DNA of 64,000 nucleotides from Leptogorgia sarmentosa (Eukaryota): NCBI GenBank assembly GCA_964658305.1, contig OZ210884.1, positions 7,130,001 to 7,194,000 of the forward strand, read 5' to 3'. Shown piece by piece: positions 49,598 to 62,587 of this stretch (position 1 is its first letter; each line of letters starts with the position of its first letter). The notes under the pieces were generated by a model. It saw only the letters and a program-made list of their open reading frames with translations, ran no database searches and was not told where the DNA came from. The position numbers and the translations under genes were made by a program.

Positions 49598-51778
49598 TAA
49601 ATCCTGCGTTGTTTTCATTATTTTAATAATTTTACGTCAGTTCAGATTTACACCTCAACCAATTTTGGATATATATTATTTTTAAAAGCTATAGAATATA
49701 ATTAAGTATTTGTCCAGGCACAATTTTTGAATTTATACAATTACCAGATTTACTCTCATTTTTTAGAGAGGGTCAGCAAAGCCAGCAATCACTAGTATAT
49801 AAACATTGAAACCGAACGTAACGTTTGTATTTTGTCGAGTACAATTGTTGGTTGAATTATTAATAAGAGGTTTTAATAACTAACATGAGGAACTGTATTG
49901 AGTGTATTATTTGCGCGAATGCTGCAATCATAATAGACAATTAATTAGGATACATGTTGCAGATTATCTATACGAGCGTATTCAAAATTTTCAGTTATCG
50001 TAATCCATACCGACATTTATGGAGTATCATAATGATAAAAATATACCAATTATAACACATGACAATGCATGTCTACACTAGCTGAGATCGAATCTGCCAC
50101 ATGCAATGTGTGGAATTATCTTAGGGGACTCACCACTACATTAACGCTCAATCATTTGCAGTACAGTTTGTTTTACATCAATACCGTTACAAAAATTCGA
50201 CTAGAGGCAATTAAGTCCATTCACATTACTACCTATTACTGCTGAGAGCTCAACAAGGTCTGTCATGATCTGATGATCAGTTCAACATAGCTAGTGAGTA
50301 TGCAGAAAAGATTATGTTAAATAAAGAGCTACTCATATTCAATACTTATAACAATACAAATAGCTACTGATATACAATACAAAAATTCGACTAGAGGGAA
50401 ATTACTACCTTACTATTACTACTTTCACATTACTACCTATTACTACTGAGAGCTCAACAAGGTTTGTCAACATAGTGAGTATACAGAAAAGATTATGGTT
50501 AAATATTCAATATCTTCAGTACGACAGAAAACCTATAATGTTGATCTGTTGACTGCAAAAATGCTTCTACGCATACCGTTACAATTAAACTCGCATTAAT
50601 CAATTATACAAGTGGGAACAAGGAACGAACCGAAAATCTTACCTTGGGTTGAATGTATGTGGATAATCTGCTTTCTTATCTAACTTTGTTGATGTGAGCA
50701 AATTTACTCGCTCTTGTCAAACCAGTTGTCTGTTTTCCAATGAATTTCTCAGACACAAGACATAGGCTAACAGCCTACCCCTCACAGGTACATTTGAGAT
50801 ATAAATGATTTTTCAAAGAGCATATCACTATATTAATATCGCGTCGAGGGGTGTCGAAAAAGGTAATCAATCCAACTTTGGCATCATATTGTTCGTGGTA
50901 TAAATGTAATTTATGCATATTTAGCCATAAAGATAAGGATCTCGGCTGCATGTTATGACTGACATTTTTTTTGTGCCATTTGGGCAAAACGAAGCATGGA
51001 GTCGAAATCGCTAGCGCTTATTTTCATTAGTGAAATAATTTATTGAAAATTTTCTCCCTCTATGTAGGAATTAAAATGTCCAACTTCACTTCAAACGATT
51101 TGAATATGCATAATTATAAATAATCCTTTTAAAATCGGTAAACCAACAAAGCTGACATCTCTGCTACTATGAGGCATTCGTGATTAATGACATTTTTTCT
51201 TTTGTTATGCGTTGTAATTGTTTGGTAGACGAAACTGATGCGGTGATTTCGACCGCGGACAACTTTATCGTTCTCATCAGGTTCTCATATTTTTCCCCGC
51301 GTTATCGCTCAGCGAAGTTACTGATCTATTTAAAAGCACTATAGTGTGCTTATTTTTTTGTTTATCGCGCCTGGGTACGAGGCTGCATATATTTGTTCTG
51401 TTCACGACATATACCCTTATCATGGGGTGCTATTTGATAGCTGAAATTATGCTTACTTCGGCTATACCTCCAAACAGTTCATATAGTTAACAAATTTTCC
51501 CGCACGTTGGAACTCTGACAAATGAATTCTGCAACACGGTATTGAGACGCTTTCAGTCCTTTGGAAAAGATCTTTAACAGCCTTTAAAAATGTCAAAAAT
51601 TTTGCCTTGACCTTCAAAAAGCCTTCACATCAAATAGTTGTTTATAATTCATCATTTACAGACCATACGATCGAAAATATTTAATTTGCAGAGATTTTAT
51701 CAAAAACCAAACAAGAAAGCTCAAACAGAGCATTTTCATAGATATACTGAGAACAGTTAAAGTCTTTCACAGGAAAAG

Positions 51779-53908
51779 ATGAAAGCAATGAAGCTGAGTT
51801 TTTGGGGATTGTTGTATCAGACTCTATTATTAGTAGAAGCAAATGAAACTTGCCACCAAAACTATTTACAACTGGCGACAAAGGTAACGAAAAATAAATT
51901 TTTTCATCAATGTCTGCATGAAAGGTGGCACATCAATACAGAGTAAACGATCAGAGCAAAACTGAGTAAGTTCTTCCTATAGTCACTTGACACTTGGAAA
52001 TAGCCGAATTGCTTTCCCATACAACTTTATATTTATACGTCTGGCACCAATCTATATTCTATATATTGTATATAGTTGTCCACAACTGGTAAAATATGGA
52101 TTTATACGGCTTGAAAGTACTGACGTAACTCTTTGCTGTACGTCAGATGTGGATGTGTCATACAGGTTCGCTGAGTCGAGCCATGTATAGCTAGTGTAAG
52201 CAACATTAAAAATAATGGGTCAATTTATTACTTTTTTTAGAAGTAGATAGGTATTATCGATTGCACCAAAAATTGCTACAAATGCATATTATAATGAAAC
52301 ATCTCTCTTGCACAGAAATTATACCAAAATTTAGAGTTTCTTTATAATAATCGTTTCGGAACGTTGATAGTTCGAGTGATGTTTAATGTTCAACAATGTT
52401 AAAGAATGCAATTTTCTTCAGGTTAAAAATTTGGAAATACAAGTTCAAGTGTTCTCCAGCTTGCTTCAAACTCAATCTAGTATAATAGCAAAGTACATCA
52501 ACCTAGGCCAGTCTGTGGCAGGTACGAAGTGTTGTGACATGCGTATCAAGCTAAAACACCAAGCTAACCAAATCAGAGAACTGGAAAGAAAACAAGCCAC
52601 TTCAGTCACTTTAATTAGCAATACTCAGAGGATAATACGACTGCTCACTGATGATGTTATGAAGTTAACAGGTGAGTTGTATATTTTTTAGAGAGTTGAT
52701 ATAAATTATCGCTAGTGCCGCGATGTCCAATTTTATGCAAGGGAGTTTGAGCTTCGCGTTCAAACGTCAAACGACAAACGCCAAAGACTAATTTTACACT
52801 GTAAGGACCAAGGCGGTAAAGTGTAAATGATTTTTGTTTTTAAAACTTCAATGTTTAGTTATTCTTTTGACATGAGAAAGGAAATTTTGAAACCAATTGG
52901 TAAAACAAAAATTCGGCAACGTGAATTCGGCGCTGACGTTTGCCGTTGACGGGAGACGCGAAGCTTATAATATAAACTCTCTATAGAAAAAAACCCGCGA
53001 CACGCTTCCCCAAACGATTGAGACCATATTAGTTGTATTAAATATCCACAGGCTAACAGGCCACACAAGATACAGTAAAAAACAGGTCGAATGAATGTAT
53101 GGTGTGGTAGCCTAAATAAGGACTACCGCGTAGAATGCAAAAAAAAATGAAATGCAAAATAAACTCGAAACAATAACATCTTGCGATTTGATCGCAGACT
53201 AGAAATTAACCTTGGACCAGTGCCATAAGGATAACGCTCCCTGTTAAGACATCATATTAAACATAAAAATTTGGCGGCTTAGAGTTTACTCTATGAAGTC
53301 GCATTATTTCTCCATTCTATTTCAGCAAACATATCCGTTGTTAGCACTAGAAATACAGTCGGTTCGGAGGACATAAAATTAATCAACCAAAAACTGGTTG
53401 CCTTAGAACGAAATAGTAAAACTCAAGAATTTCAAATGAAGCGATTTGAATCTGCGATGAAATCAGGTAAGCTGCATAGTGGTGGTTTGTTTTTAGTATG
53501 AGTATCATTTGAGTGTAGTACCAGTAGTGGAAAGGTACTTTGGCAGTTTGAAAGAAAAATCTTTAACTCCTGTCAATTTTGCTTGCATACAGTATATTAT
53601 AATAGAGGTTGCTTGACCAATCAGCGGCCCCTAATCCTGACCGTAATCACTTGTATATTTATACAACTTGTGATTATTTTTTATAAGGTATTTGGACATC
53701 TGGAAAATACTGTATTTTGGCCAACGGGTCTTGCCCAGTAGGGTTCAGGCGAGTCACTGCTTGGATGAAAGGGATAAAAGTGTTTCGTGGAACTACACGG
53801 TACATTAAAGACGCAAATTTTGGAAACAGCAATATCCGATGTCACGGACCTTGCTCGCGTAGTGATCAGTGGTTGGGTGAACTTACTCTTGTAACTTGTT
53901 GCAAGTGA
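51779..53908 (+). CDS. ~238-aa secreted protein: signal peptide, coiled coil, C-terminal Cys-rich ApeC/MACPF-accessory-like domain; 4 exons
   Basis: Exons 51779-51883, 52422-52671, 53326-53466 and 53688-53908 join in frame (phases 0,1,1) at canonical GT-AG sites. N-terminus MKAMKLSFWGLLYQTLLLVEA; C-terminus WTSGKYCILANGSCPVGF...CHGPC...LVTCCK*. Confidence 0.82.
52740..52982. mobile_element. MITE-like element, intronic
   Basis: AGGGAGTTT..AGCTTCGCGT at the left pairs with ACGCGAAGCT..AAACTCTCT at the right. Confidence 0.55.
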
Positions 53909-53951
53909 AAGGACTGCATCGGTCAACTTAAGAAGTCCAATGAAAAATATA

Positions 53952-54189
53952 CAGGCTGTCCCAAAAAAAAGTGACCTCTATAGAAATCAGCTCTTTTGTT
54001 GTCAAACGTGCGTTGTTATGCCTTTGAGAATATAATTGAATGGCTCATGAGCGACAGAGATATTTATAACAGCACGCGCTTTTGTTGCTGTTCGTCAAAA
54101 GCTAATTTAAATTTCCAGAGGTGCAATAACCCGAGATTAACAACAAAAGAGTGATTTCTATAGAGGTCACTTTTTTGGGGGACACCATG
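53952..54189. mobile_element. Tc1/mariner-type MITE with TA TSD
   Basis: TA|CAGGCTGTCCCAAAAAAAAGTGACCTCTATAGAAATCA ... TGATTTCTATAGAGGTCACTTTTTTGGGGGACACCATG|TA. Confidence 0.85.
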
Positions 54190-54812
54190 TAGACTGAAAT
54201 ATGTAAATTAATGTCACTGTTTTTTGAAATAATTCTGGGTTTAGTCGCAAATTCACTTACTGCATCCGTAGCATGAAACAGCTATTCTGTTGCTGAGAAT
54301 ATATCGCGAAAGTTGTGCGAATTTTTTGTTGTTATTATACTATAACTGGACAGCCCGTGACGGCTTCTGTCCCGTTGGGTGGAATAGAAATTATAAGCAA
54401 TATGTAAGTTAGTGCTGAACATGGAAATCCGAGCATGCGCCGTTAAACTCTACGTGGAAGGACACAGAAACACAACGGAGCATATTGTGGGAATGGTTTA
54501 CAGATAAACTGCCCGTAAAGGTATTTTGTAAGTATGTCATTCTCTTTATATGACGACCAAATTTTGGTTTCTTTGTTTGGTGCCATTTTACCAGTTATGA
54601 ATATTTATGCTCACAACGAATGCAATTTAAATAATAGATAATGAGTTGAATCTCCTTATCTATGTTGTTTGAATTGCATTCGATGCGACCAAAACTTGAT
54701 CGAGTTATGAAACGGGTCTGAGGAAAGAATGTAACACATGAAAGAGGCATTGAACCAACTTTTATTCAGTTAATGCAAGCAACACCCTTGGCTGTAATTA
54801 ATATGAATATTT

Positions 54813-57800
54813 TCACTGTAAATATACTTTATTAACATCCAATTGTTTAACTGACATCTTCTTTCCAGTTAACAGCGACCGTTTGTTAGAGTGGCCACTA
54901 AAACGGGTTCCTTTTGAACTCAGAGCTGTTCCTTTTGAATTCTCGTCTTTTTTCAGTTTCACTGCTTGACTCGACGGTTCAAAGGAATTTTTACTTATTG
55001 TTGAGTGTTTTATATCCTGTTTTATTGCCACGGAAGAATCTTTATTATTAACATTTTCGTCTTTGTTATTTTCATTTTCAGCTTTAGACCCACTTCCACT
55101 ATTGATTTTTACTGCTTGATCATATATTTTGATCGACTTTTCCTCGTTTATATTATTGCTTGGTACAAGTCTAGTCGTTGAGGTAGCAGATGATTCAGAA
55201 GTTAAATTTTTATCTTTGAAACTTGCTTTTTCTCGATTTCCGTACTTCGTTACGCGTTCATGAATTGTTCTCTTGTCCTCCTCATCCTCCTCAGTTTTAG
55301 TTCTTCGAGATCCTACAGCTGTCTTAGGAGGCTTAACACTTCGTACAAATTTGTTATCTTTTTTCGATGGCATAATGGTGCTCGCATTTCCTTGGAAGGA
55401 TGACATGGACAACGAATCTCGATTGAAATCCAAATAAACTTTCCCCAATGTTCCATCAAAGCGGTTTTTGGTGACCTAGAAATATGAGTTAGTAATTTTA
55501 ACAGAACAGCTGACAATAGCGAATAAGCTCATGTAGTAAATACACTATACTATCACAACCCAATTTGCACCTAAGAGATACTCCGTCCTTTAAACGCTGA
55601 CGAAAGACCGAATTTCGCGCATGTCAAGCTTTGGTGAAACGAGGATGAGTGTTGACGAGAGTTGGCAGATCGCAAGCTCTGCATTGACAAAATCTATATT
55701 CAATGAGTGTTTCAACAATGTTTTAACTTGAATAGAATACGTGATATCCATATGGTGTTTTGGATAACTTTAAGAACAGCAAACTATAAGGACGTCGCAT
55801 AACTACCACCCCATCCGCGTTTGATCAACCTTTAGGGAGCTAGAAATTGCACAACTACCAGTTCTTATGAAAGTACTATGATCTGTAATATACCTGTAGA
55901 TATTTCCCTGCATTCTTTCCTTTCTTATCTTGCAAAATTACAACATTGTCTGCTTCTTGACTTGCTTTGGCTGAACCAAAGATAGAAGCCGTTTGCAATT
56001 CAGCATCATCGCTCTCCTGTTATGCAAAATAATATAATTGGTACTGTGGCAGTTAAGCGGCTATTACTTTCTTAAGGTGTGTATTTTGTGATTCGCTTTG
56101 GATTTTATGTTAGGGACAAAATAGAAATCAATCACATTTTCCATGAAAAAAATCTTACTTTTCGTGGATGAATCACAATAGTCACGTGAACATTCTTGGA
56201 CGTTGCAAACTTTCGAAATTCGCCAATTGCTACATTTTGCGCATGGAATCGATCTGGACTGTAAAAATGAAAATGAGAAATGTTGTGATGTTTATACGTG
56301 AAATGTTGTAAACTAGAGTAGTATACTAGATCAGTGGAATACATTTATTTACCTGTAGGAATTGGAGATCATAAACTGAAGATTGTCGACAATCACATGC
56401 TCGATGTCATAAACATAGGCTGCATGGGACATTGTCTGGAGGAGTAAAAAAACACGACAAATGTGAAGAAAAACCACAGGCAGCCCAAACTAAGTTAAAA
56501 CAATTAAGTTGAAAAATTCTTGAAATAGCATGTTGTAAATATATAAGTTCAAGCGTCCAAGCCTATGCATGCGAATCTTATTAACGTGAAAGGGCCGGTT
56601 GTTCAAAAGCTTGTTACTTTAACCCTGGGTTAACTTAAAGTTCAAAGCAAATTCTCCAACAACTTGTTTATGAATTTAGAAATGTTTCTTCAGAAATTTT
56701 GTGCAGATCATTAAGAGTTTTCTTTGAAATTTCCAAGTAAACAGATGCGCGGAAATGCACAAACTAAAACACTGGGTTAAATTTTAACCCAGGATTAGCC
56801 ATAACCTAGCTTTCAAAAACCGGCCCCAGATGGTTACGTCATGCAGCGAGCGTTTGCGTGTGTATAATAATACCTCTAAAACATCTTGTAAATTTTGGGC
56901 CCCATAAAAGCTCATAAAATACATGGGAAGCATCTCAAACTTTTCTGCCCAGTAATTGTATTGAGGGAGGTTCTTTTCCATATTGAAACTGGTAAATTAT
57001 GAAAAATGAATTAAAGAGGTGCAGATATTATTCATTAAATCTTTTTTTAGTTTATTAGTTTAGTTTTTCACCTACCCTGAAAACTGATTAAGCATTGTTT
57101 TAGCCAGCCTTACATTACGTACTTCAAAACTTCCCCACAATGTATTGACCTGTTTGAACGAATCAAATAACGTCATTATTGGTCAAAGCAATGAGCTTCA
57201 ACTTTCAACTGCTAAAAAATGCCAAAAACCAGAGGTTGCTGTATGTAAGATAATTATATCTTTCACTTCGACATACCCCTTGAACACAGAGGTCGACAGA
57301 AAGTTCACTTAGTAATGTTGTTTTGCCAGTTCCAGTCCCTCCAGTAAACACAGTCAGTTCACCACGGCGATGTCCTTTCAAAATTTCAGATAATTTTGGG
57401 AACCTTGTCCACTAAATATTAAAATGTATTCTTTTAATTATGCTTGTAAACGAAACTTCACTGTCTGTAAAAAAAACTTAAAACATTATAAATTTTATTA
57501 ACATGCAAGGTTATTTTTTTGTCCGTAATCTCAATGGCGAATGGAGCCTCGAGATTGTCGATTTTTTCAGCCTCCAGTAATTTCGTCATGCTCATAATAC
57601 ACAATGTGATTATTCAAAACTGTAAACCCCACCTTGATTCCCGCGACCTGATCAACATTACAAAGTTCATTGTAGACCTCATCACGTAACTAGTTGATAA
57701 AAAGGAAACACTTTCAACTGTGTTGTAATTTGTAAAGTTAAACAAGGATTCATAAACTTGATAAGATAAGAAAATACATTTAAAATAGCACTCGACACAG

Positions 57801-60800
57801 AAACGATAAATCGGAACCCGAAGTTTCGAGCAAAGGCACTTCGTCTGAAGTTATTACAAGAAGGGCCTTAAAACGTTCAATTCTGTTTTATTCTTTCCGT
57901 AGTGAGTGCAAACTTTGACATTTTCACATACAGACATACTGTATGAAATACCTGTTGAAACGTAACAATTTGTTTATGACTTGCAGCATGAGCTTTGGTG
58001 AGCATCGATTTAAGATCGCAACCCTAAAGCATAGAATATTTGCAATCGTAAATTTTGTCTGAAGGAATTTATAATACGCACGTAATACAAACATATCGCA
58101 ATTAAAAACATGAAATATCTTTCAGCCAGTCTGATATTGTGGCTAATATATCGACTATTATTCATTTTAAAAAATAAATAGATCTTGTATTCAAATGCAT
58201 ACTTTTCTCAAAGCATCCAAGGCGCTTGCTGGTCCATTGTTTTCCATTCTAGGAACAACACTTTCAATTAACACGCGTTGGGGTTTGAACCGATATGACC
58301 AAAAAATTTGATCAAATTAGGAAGATGTCAACGAGCAATTCAGACTTTTAAGTTATGCTCGCAGTGGGTGATGGGAAGTAAGGTAGACATTTAAGAACAA
58401 GATGGTACCGTGTGAGAGAGCCTTCAGTCCGGAATAATTAGTACAACTTTTTTTACCTTTACTCTGCAGCAATGGGAGAACCGTGGTTGAAGATTTTGCA
58501 TACCTTACAAAATGACATCTTTGAATATTTAGCTTTCGCGCAAACTTATTCGCCGCTTGTCGAGATCTAACATCATTTCTAAACCACAAAATAATTTTCC
58601 CAAATTGTTCAAGATGAGGAAGGACCTGAAATGAGTGAGTGAATTTCTAAAAACAATTATTTTTCAATTTTAAATACAAGAAGAATTATTTCTAAAACGT
58701 ATAGCTTCCCATTGTCGGTTGTACTTTGTATTATTGAAATTTCTATTCAGGGAAAAGACAAACGAATTTTAAAAATATTTTACTACAGGAAAGGCAATCC
58801 ACACCTCTGGTGGAAGAGATGAAAGTCCAGATGGAAGTGAAACGGCTGGAAATGACGTGGCTTGGTATACAGCCATTGCATCAAATTCATCAGCTGTCAG
58901 AACAATCTCTCTCGCATCTGCTGGCACAGTATGCCAACCAAACAAGCTTGGTAAGCCATGTCTAAAATTTAAAATATGTAGTGTACACTTTAATACGTTT
59001 ACATTTTTAAAACACAAATCTTAGCCTACAATAGATCTGTACAGGACGAGTCAGAAAAAAACTGACACATTAAAAATTCATATTAGCCGAGAAGCTGTTG
59101 CTGCAGTAATAATAATACATCTTTTCGTGAAGTTAGAATGACTTGAAACTCCCACAGGGAATCTATATCGTCATGCTTCGTACCTATGATATATTCAGGC
59201 AACGTCGGTGCGATTAAATTATAAATGCATGCAGTTAATTTGCATTTCAAAGATCATGATCAGTTTTTTCTAACTCACCCATTAGATAAACGTATAAGAC
59301 GTCACATGCAAGGAACAACTGTGCAAGGAACTGTGGTCTTAATGGGTTAATGGTCACACCAGGACACTTTCAGTTTTCAAAACAAATTTCCGAGATAGCT
59401 GCAGGGTGTATCATTGAATCTGAACGTGGTCATTGTTGCTTTTTTGAAGCTGTTCAAACAATGAAAAAACACGTATAGTTCTTTTCAGAGCTCTTTCGCG
59501 CGTTTTCAGAGGTTTCACAGCCCCAAAATAACGCCAAGTAGCCTTTGTCATTGCAAACTTTTGACAAAATAATGACAGCAGTGACGTAACGTTTGGTGCT
59601 ACCTCGTTCACATTACAGAGAACAGAAGACAGATTTAGAGTGAGGACGTGGAAGTCAAATCCATAATCAAATAATTTTACCTTATATATACTAATTGTAT
59701 TTAATTGTGGCAATTGAAATACCAGCCGGAAAACGTAATTTAAAGATTAATATTAAAGGCCAGCAAGCGATTTTCAATGCATATATAAACCATTGAAGTT
59801 TATATTGAATTTATTTAGCTAACGTTTCGTTACTACATCGCAACATCATAAGAGCAATATATTGCTTGCGTTGCTTTAGGTTGTCATTTATTTATGACAG
59901 CACAGGGTAATAGAGTCATTAATATATTGCTTTGATGATGTTAGCTAAATAAATTCAATATAAACTTCAATGATTTATCATGTATGTATTTAATGACAGA
60001 CTAATAGTCTATTACCCTGTGCTGTCATAAATAAATGACAAGCTAAAACCACATCTTCCATTCTCCGTAATTTCCACTTCCCAGGCTGTGAAAGTACCCA
60101 GCTTATTTTGATGTTCTGCATTTTTTCAACCTTACGAAAATATTTATTGCGCGTGCGTACCTTGGCTCAAGTGCACTAAGACTCTCCTCATCGTTTATTT
60201 TAACTTTGTGAAGTTTTACACCACATAACTTTTCTCGTTCGTAATTGTACCAGGGAAATGCAAGACATAATTGCTGTTTTTGAGATCCATCTGGAGCTGA
60301 AAACTAATAGTAATCTCTTGTCATACCCTCTTGCTTGGTAGGTAGGGTTAGTTCAAGACCCCCCCCCCCCGCCTCCCAACCCCACCATTTCCAAGAAATA
60401 TAGTATACTATAGAGTATGTAGAAGTATGTAGAGAAGAATTCACCTTGTGTAGAATGGTATGCACTTTGTAAAACTTCAAAGTTTCAGATGATAAAGGCT
60501 ACAAATACAATTATACATAAAATGTCTGAACATAAAGTCCTGAAGACATTACAGAATAAGCAAAAGAGCAAAAAATATATGAAACGACCATATGGGCCCT
60601 CAGCTATGGTGACAGGCTCATTCCAGTGGGATTTTTCATATAGACACTGGCAACTTTGAATACTGCAACAATATGAAGTGAATTTTTCACTCACATAATT
60701 CATTGTGGGTGATGAAGCCCTGCAATTCATTTGTATTGTAGCTACCAAATATTGAATGTGTCTCAATAAAATGATAATTTGCTGCTTATGCTTAGACTAT

Positions 60801-61677
60801 ATTTGTTGTTTAGTAAAATTGTCGCTGATCTATGTTTTTAGGAAGGTTGAAATAAGCAATTCGAGTCATAACCAAAAAACATCCATAGGTACCACCCCCA
60901 AAGCATCAAAAATGCAAATCTTCCTCTTTCTAAACTACTTTGGGTACTGTACTGTACGGTGACCACTTTTACCTGGATATCAACCCGTTTTAAAATGTAT
61001 CTCCTCAATGATTCCTTGCATTCATCAAATGGTTTTGTCTTTTCCCAAAGATTTACAATTTTGTCTCGCTCTTCCTCATCATTGCTTGCTTTCAGTGTAA
61101 TAGGTTTGCTCGACAATTTCTTTTCATTCACCCATGCCTAATATAATTAAACACCCACTCTCCAGTGATTAGATTAAAATTCAATCTAATCCTTCTATAA
61201 TAACTTGATTTCGAGCATGCAACCACTACCTTGGTGGTGATTCCCTCCCAATCTTATTCCTCTACTGCCAAAAATTGGATGAATATTCAAGTCTTGTAAC
61301 TATACCTTGAGTTGATTCCAGGTCCCTGATGTACCACAACTGTTGCAAACATGACTACCAGTTGTTTTGTTGACAAACAAACTGAATGATCCCTGATTGT
61401 CCTCTGATGTACCTGACCCACTACTCGAGATTACACAAAATGGACATTTTGCAATTATGGTGGTATGACCGTGTTGAAATTGTATTTCTTTATGTTTGAA
61501 GTAAGTCTCGATACTTCTAACCGTTTGAGGAGAAATCTCTTTGGAAGATGTGGAAAGAGTTGCCATATTATTCCGCAGTACCAATCCATAGCGTTGATCT
61601 GGATATTTTAGTCGAATTCGAGAAAACCTTGATACATATCTCAGGCCAGATAAACACATAGAAACGTTTACTCTCAT
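54813..61677 (-). CDS. TWNK: Twinkle mitochondrial DNA helicase, ~16 exons
   Basis: Arg-rich presequence-like N-terminus; CPFC...[39 protein letters not shown] (Walker A); [40 protein letters not shown]. Confidence 0.93.
56592..56826. mobile_element. MITE in a TWNK intron
   Basis: GGGCCGGTTGTTCAAAAGC...TTAACCCTGGGTTAA at the left pairs with TTAACCCAGGATTAG...GCTTTCAAAAACCGGCCC at the right. Confidence 0.7.
59042..59282. mobile_element. Degenerate Tc1/mariner-type MITE in a TWNK intron
   Basis: TA CAGGACGAGTCAGAAAAAAACTGA ... TCAGTTTTTTCTAACTCACCCAT TA. Confidence 0.55.
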
Positions 61678-62587
61678 ATTGGAATATACAACATATAAAA
61701 TTCCTATTTAAAACAAATCTTGCGATAAAATACCGAATGTCTCATCCGGGCACCATTGTATTCCACCATAATATATATTCCTCCATAGTGATACAATAAT
61801 TTTGTTTTCAATTTTCATTGACTAGCTTGCTCCATAAAATATCCGCGCATAAATGTTCTTTGTCGTTGAAATTATTTGAAATATACAATGTATAAAAATA
61901 TACAAATAATAAGAAAACCACGTGTTAATAGTGCTCTCGTTGTCGTTGACGAGATAAAATGTTCTCATTAGGGGTGAATGGGGTTAACACCGGAATCAGT
62001 GAGGGATAACATGGGAAATTTAATTTTACAGACCTCGTGAGTGTGAGAGTGGCATTCATAGCAAACAACTAACTTCAGATGGTCCTGAAAGGAGTTGAGG
62101 GGGGGGGGGGGGGGGGGGGGCGGGAGGGGGGGGGATCTTCCCCCGTCGCTCCTTTAGTAACGCCATTAGGCCATGCGCTGACACAAATCATTTTTCTACC
62201 CACGTGACTGAGGTTCTGAACCATTGTTCACCACAGCAATAACGTTTAGGGGCGGTAGTCCGCTTTCCCCCCTGGCCTACGCGATAAAAGCCACTCTATA
62301 TATTGACCGTCTTATTCGTCCATGAACTCGAAAGCGAGGCTGAATCACCAAGCCGTATTAACAATTGTAATTTAAAAATATAAACAACGATTGCACAGAA
62401 GTGAAGAGAATGTCAAATTTTAACTGCAGCAAGAGTAATTCTTCCTGTACTGATATGGCCCCTAGCTTTCGTTCGCTTTCCAAAAGAATGTATAATTCTA
62501 TTCTCCTGTACTGACTTCCCTATAGCTAATTTGACCTTTCTGTCTAATGTGAATTTGGGTTCATCTGGGTTCAACTATCTCTTCTAT

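Larger units (their letters stand above)
44575..51360. repeat. Nested tandem duplication M-X-M-Y-M-X-M-Y (3550-bp offset)
   Basis: Module M at 44575-45446 (partial), 46331-47408, 48042-48996 and 49881-50788. X at 45447-46330 and 48997-49880. Y at 47409-48041 and 50789-51360. An internal ~105-bp repeat occurs in 4, 1, 3 and 1 copies. Confidence 0.9.

Noticed and set aside
60300..60445. Possible non-canonical (AT-AC) intron or frameshift in TWNK
   Set aside because: Using the TATTAG acceptor gives [18 protein letters not shown] in frame with a normal GT-AG intron.
62098..62135. Poly-G run as a functional G-quadruplex near the TWNK promoter
   Set aside because: Similar G/C runs occur in several repeat fragments across the window, and homopolymer length is unreliable.
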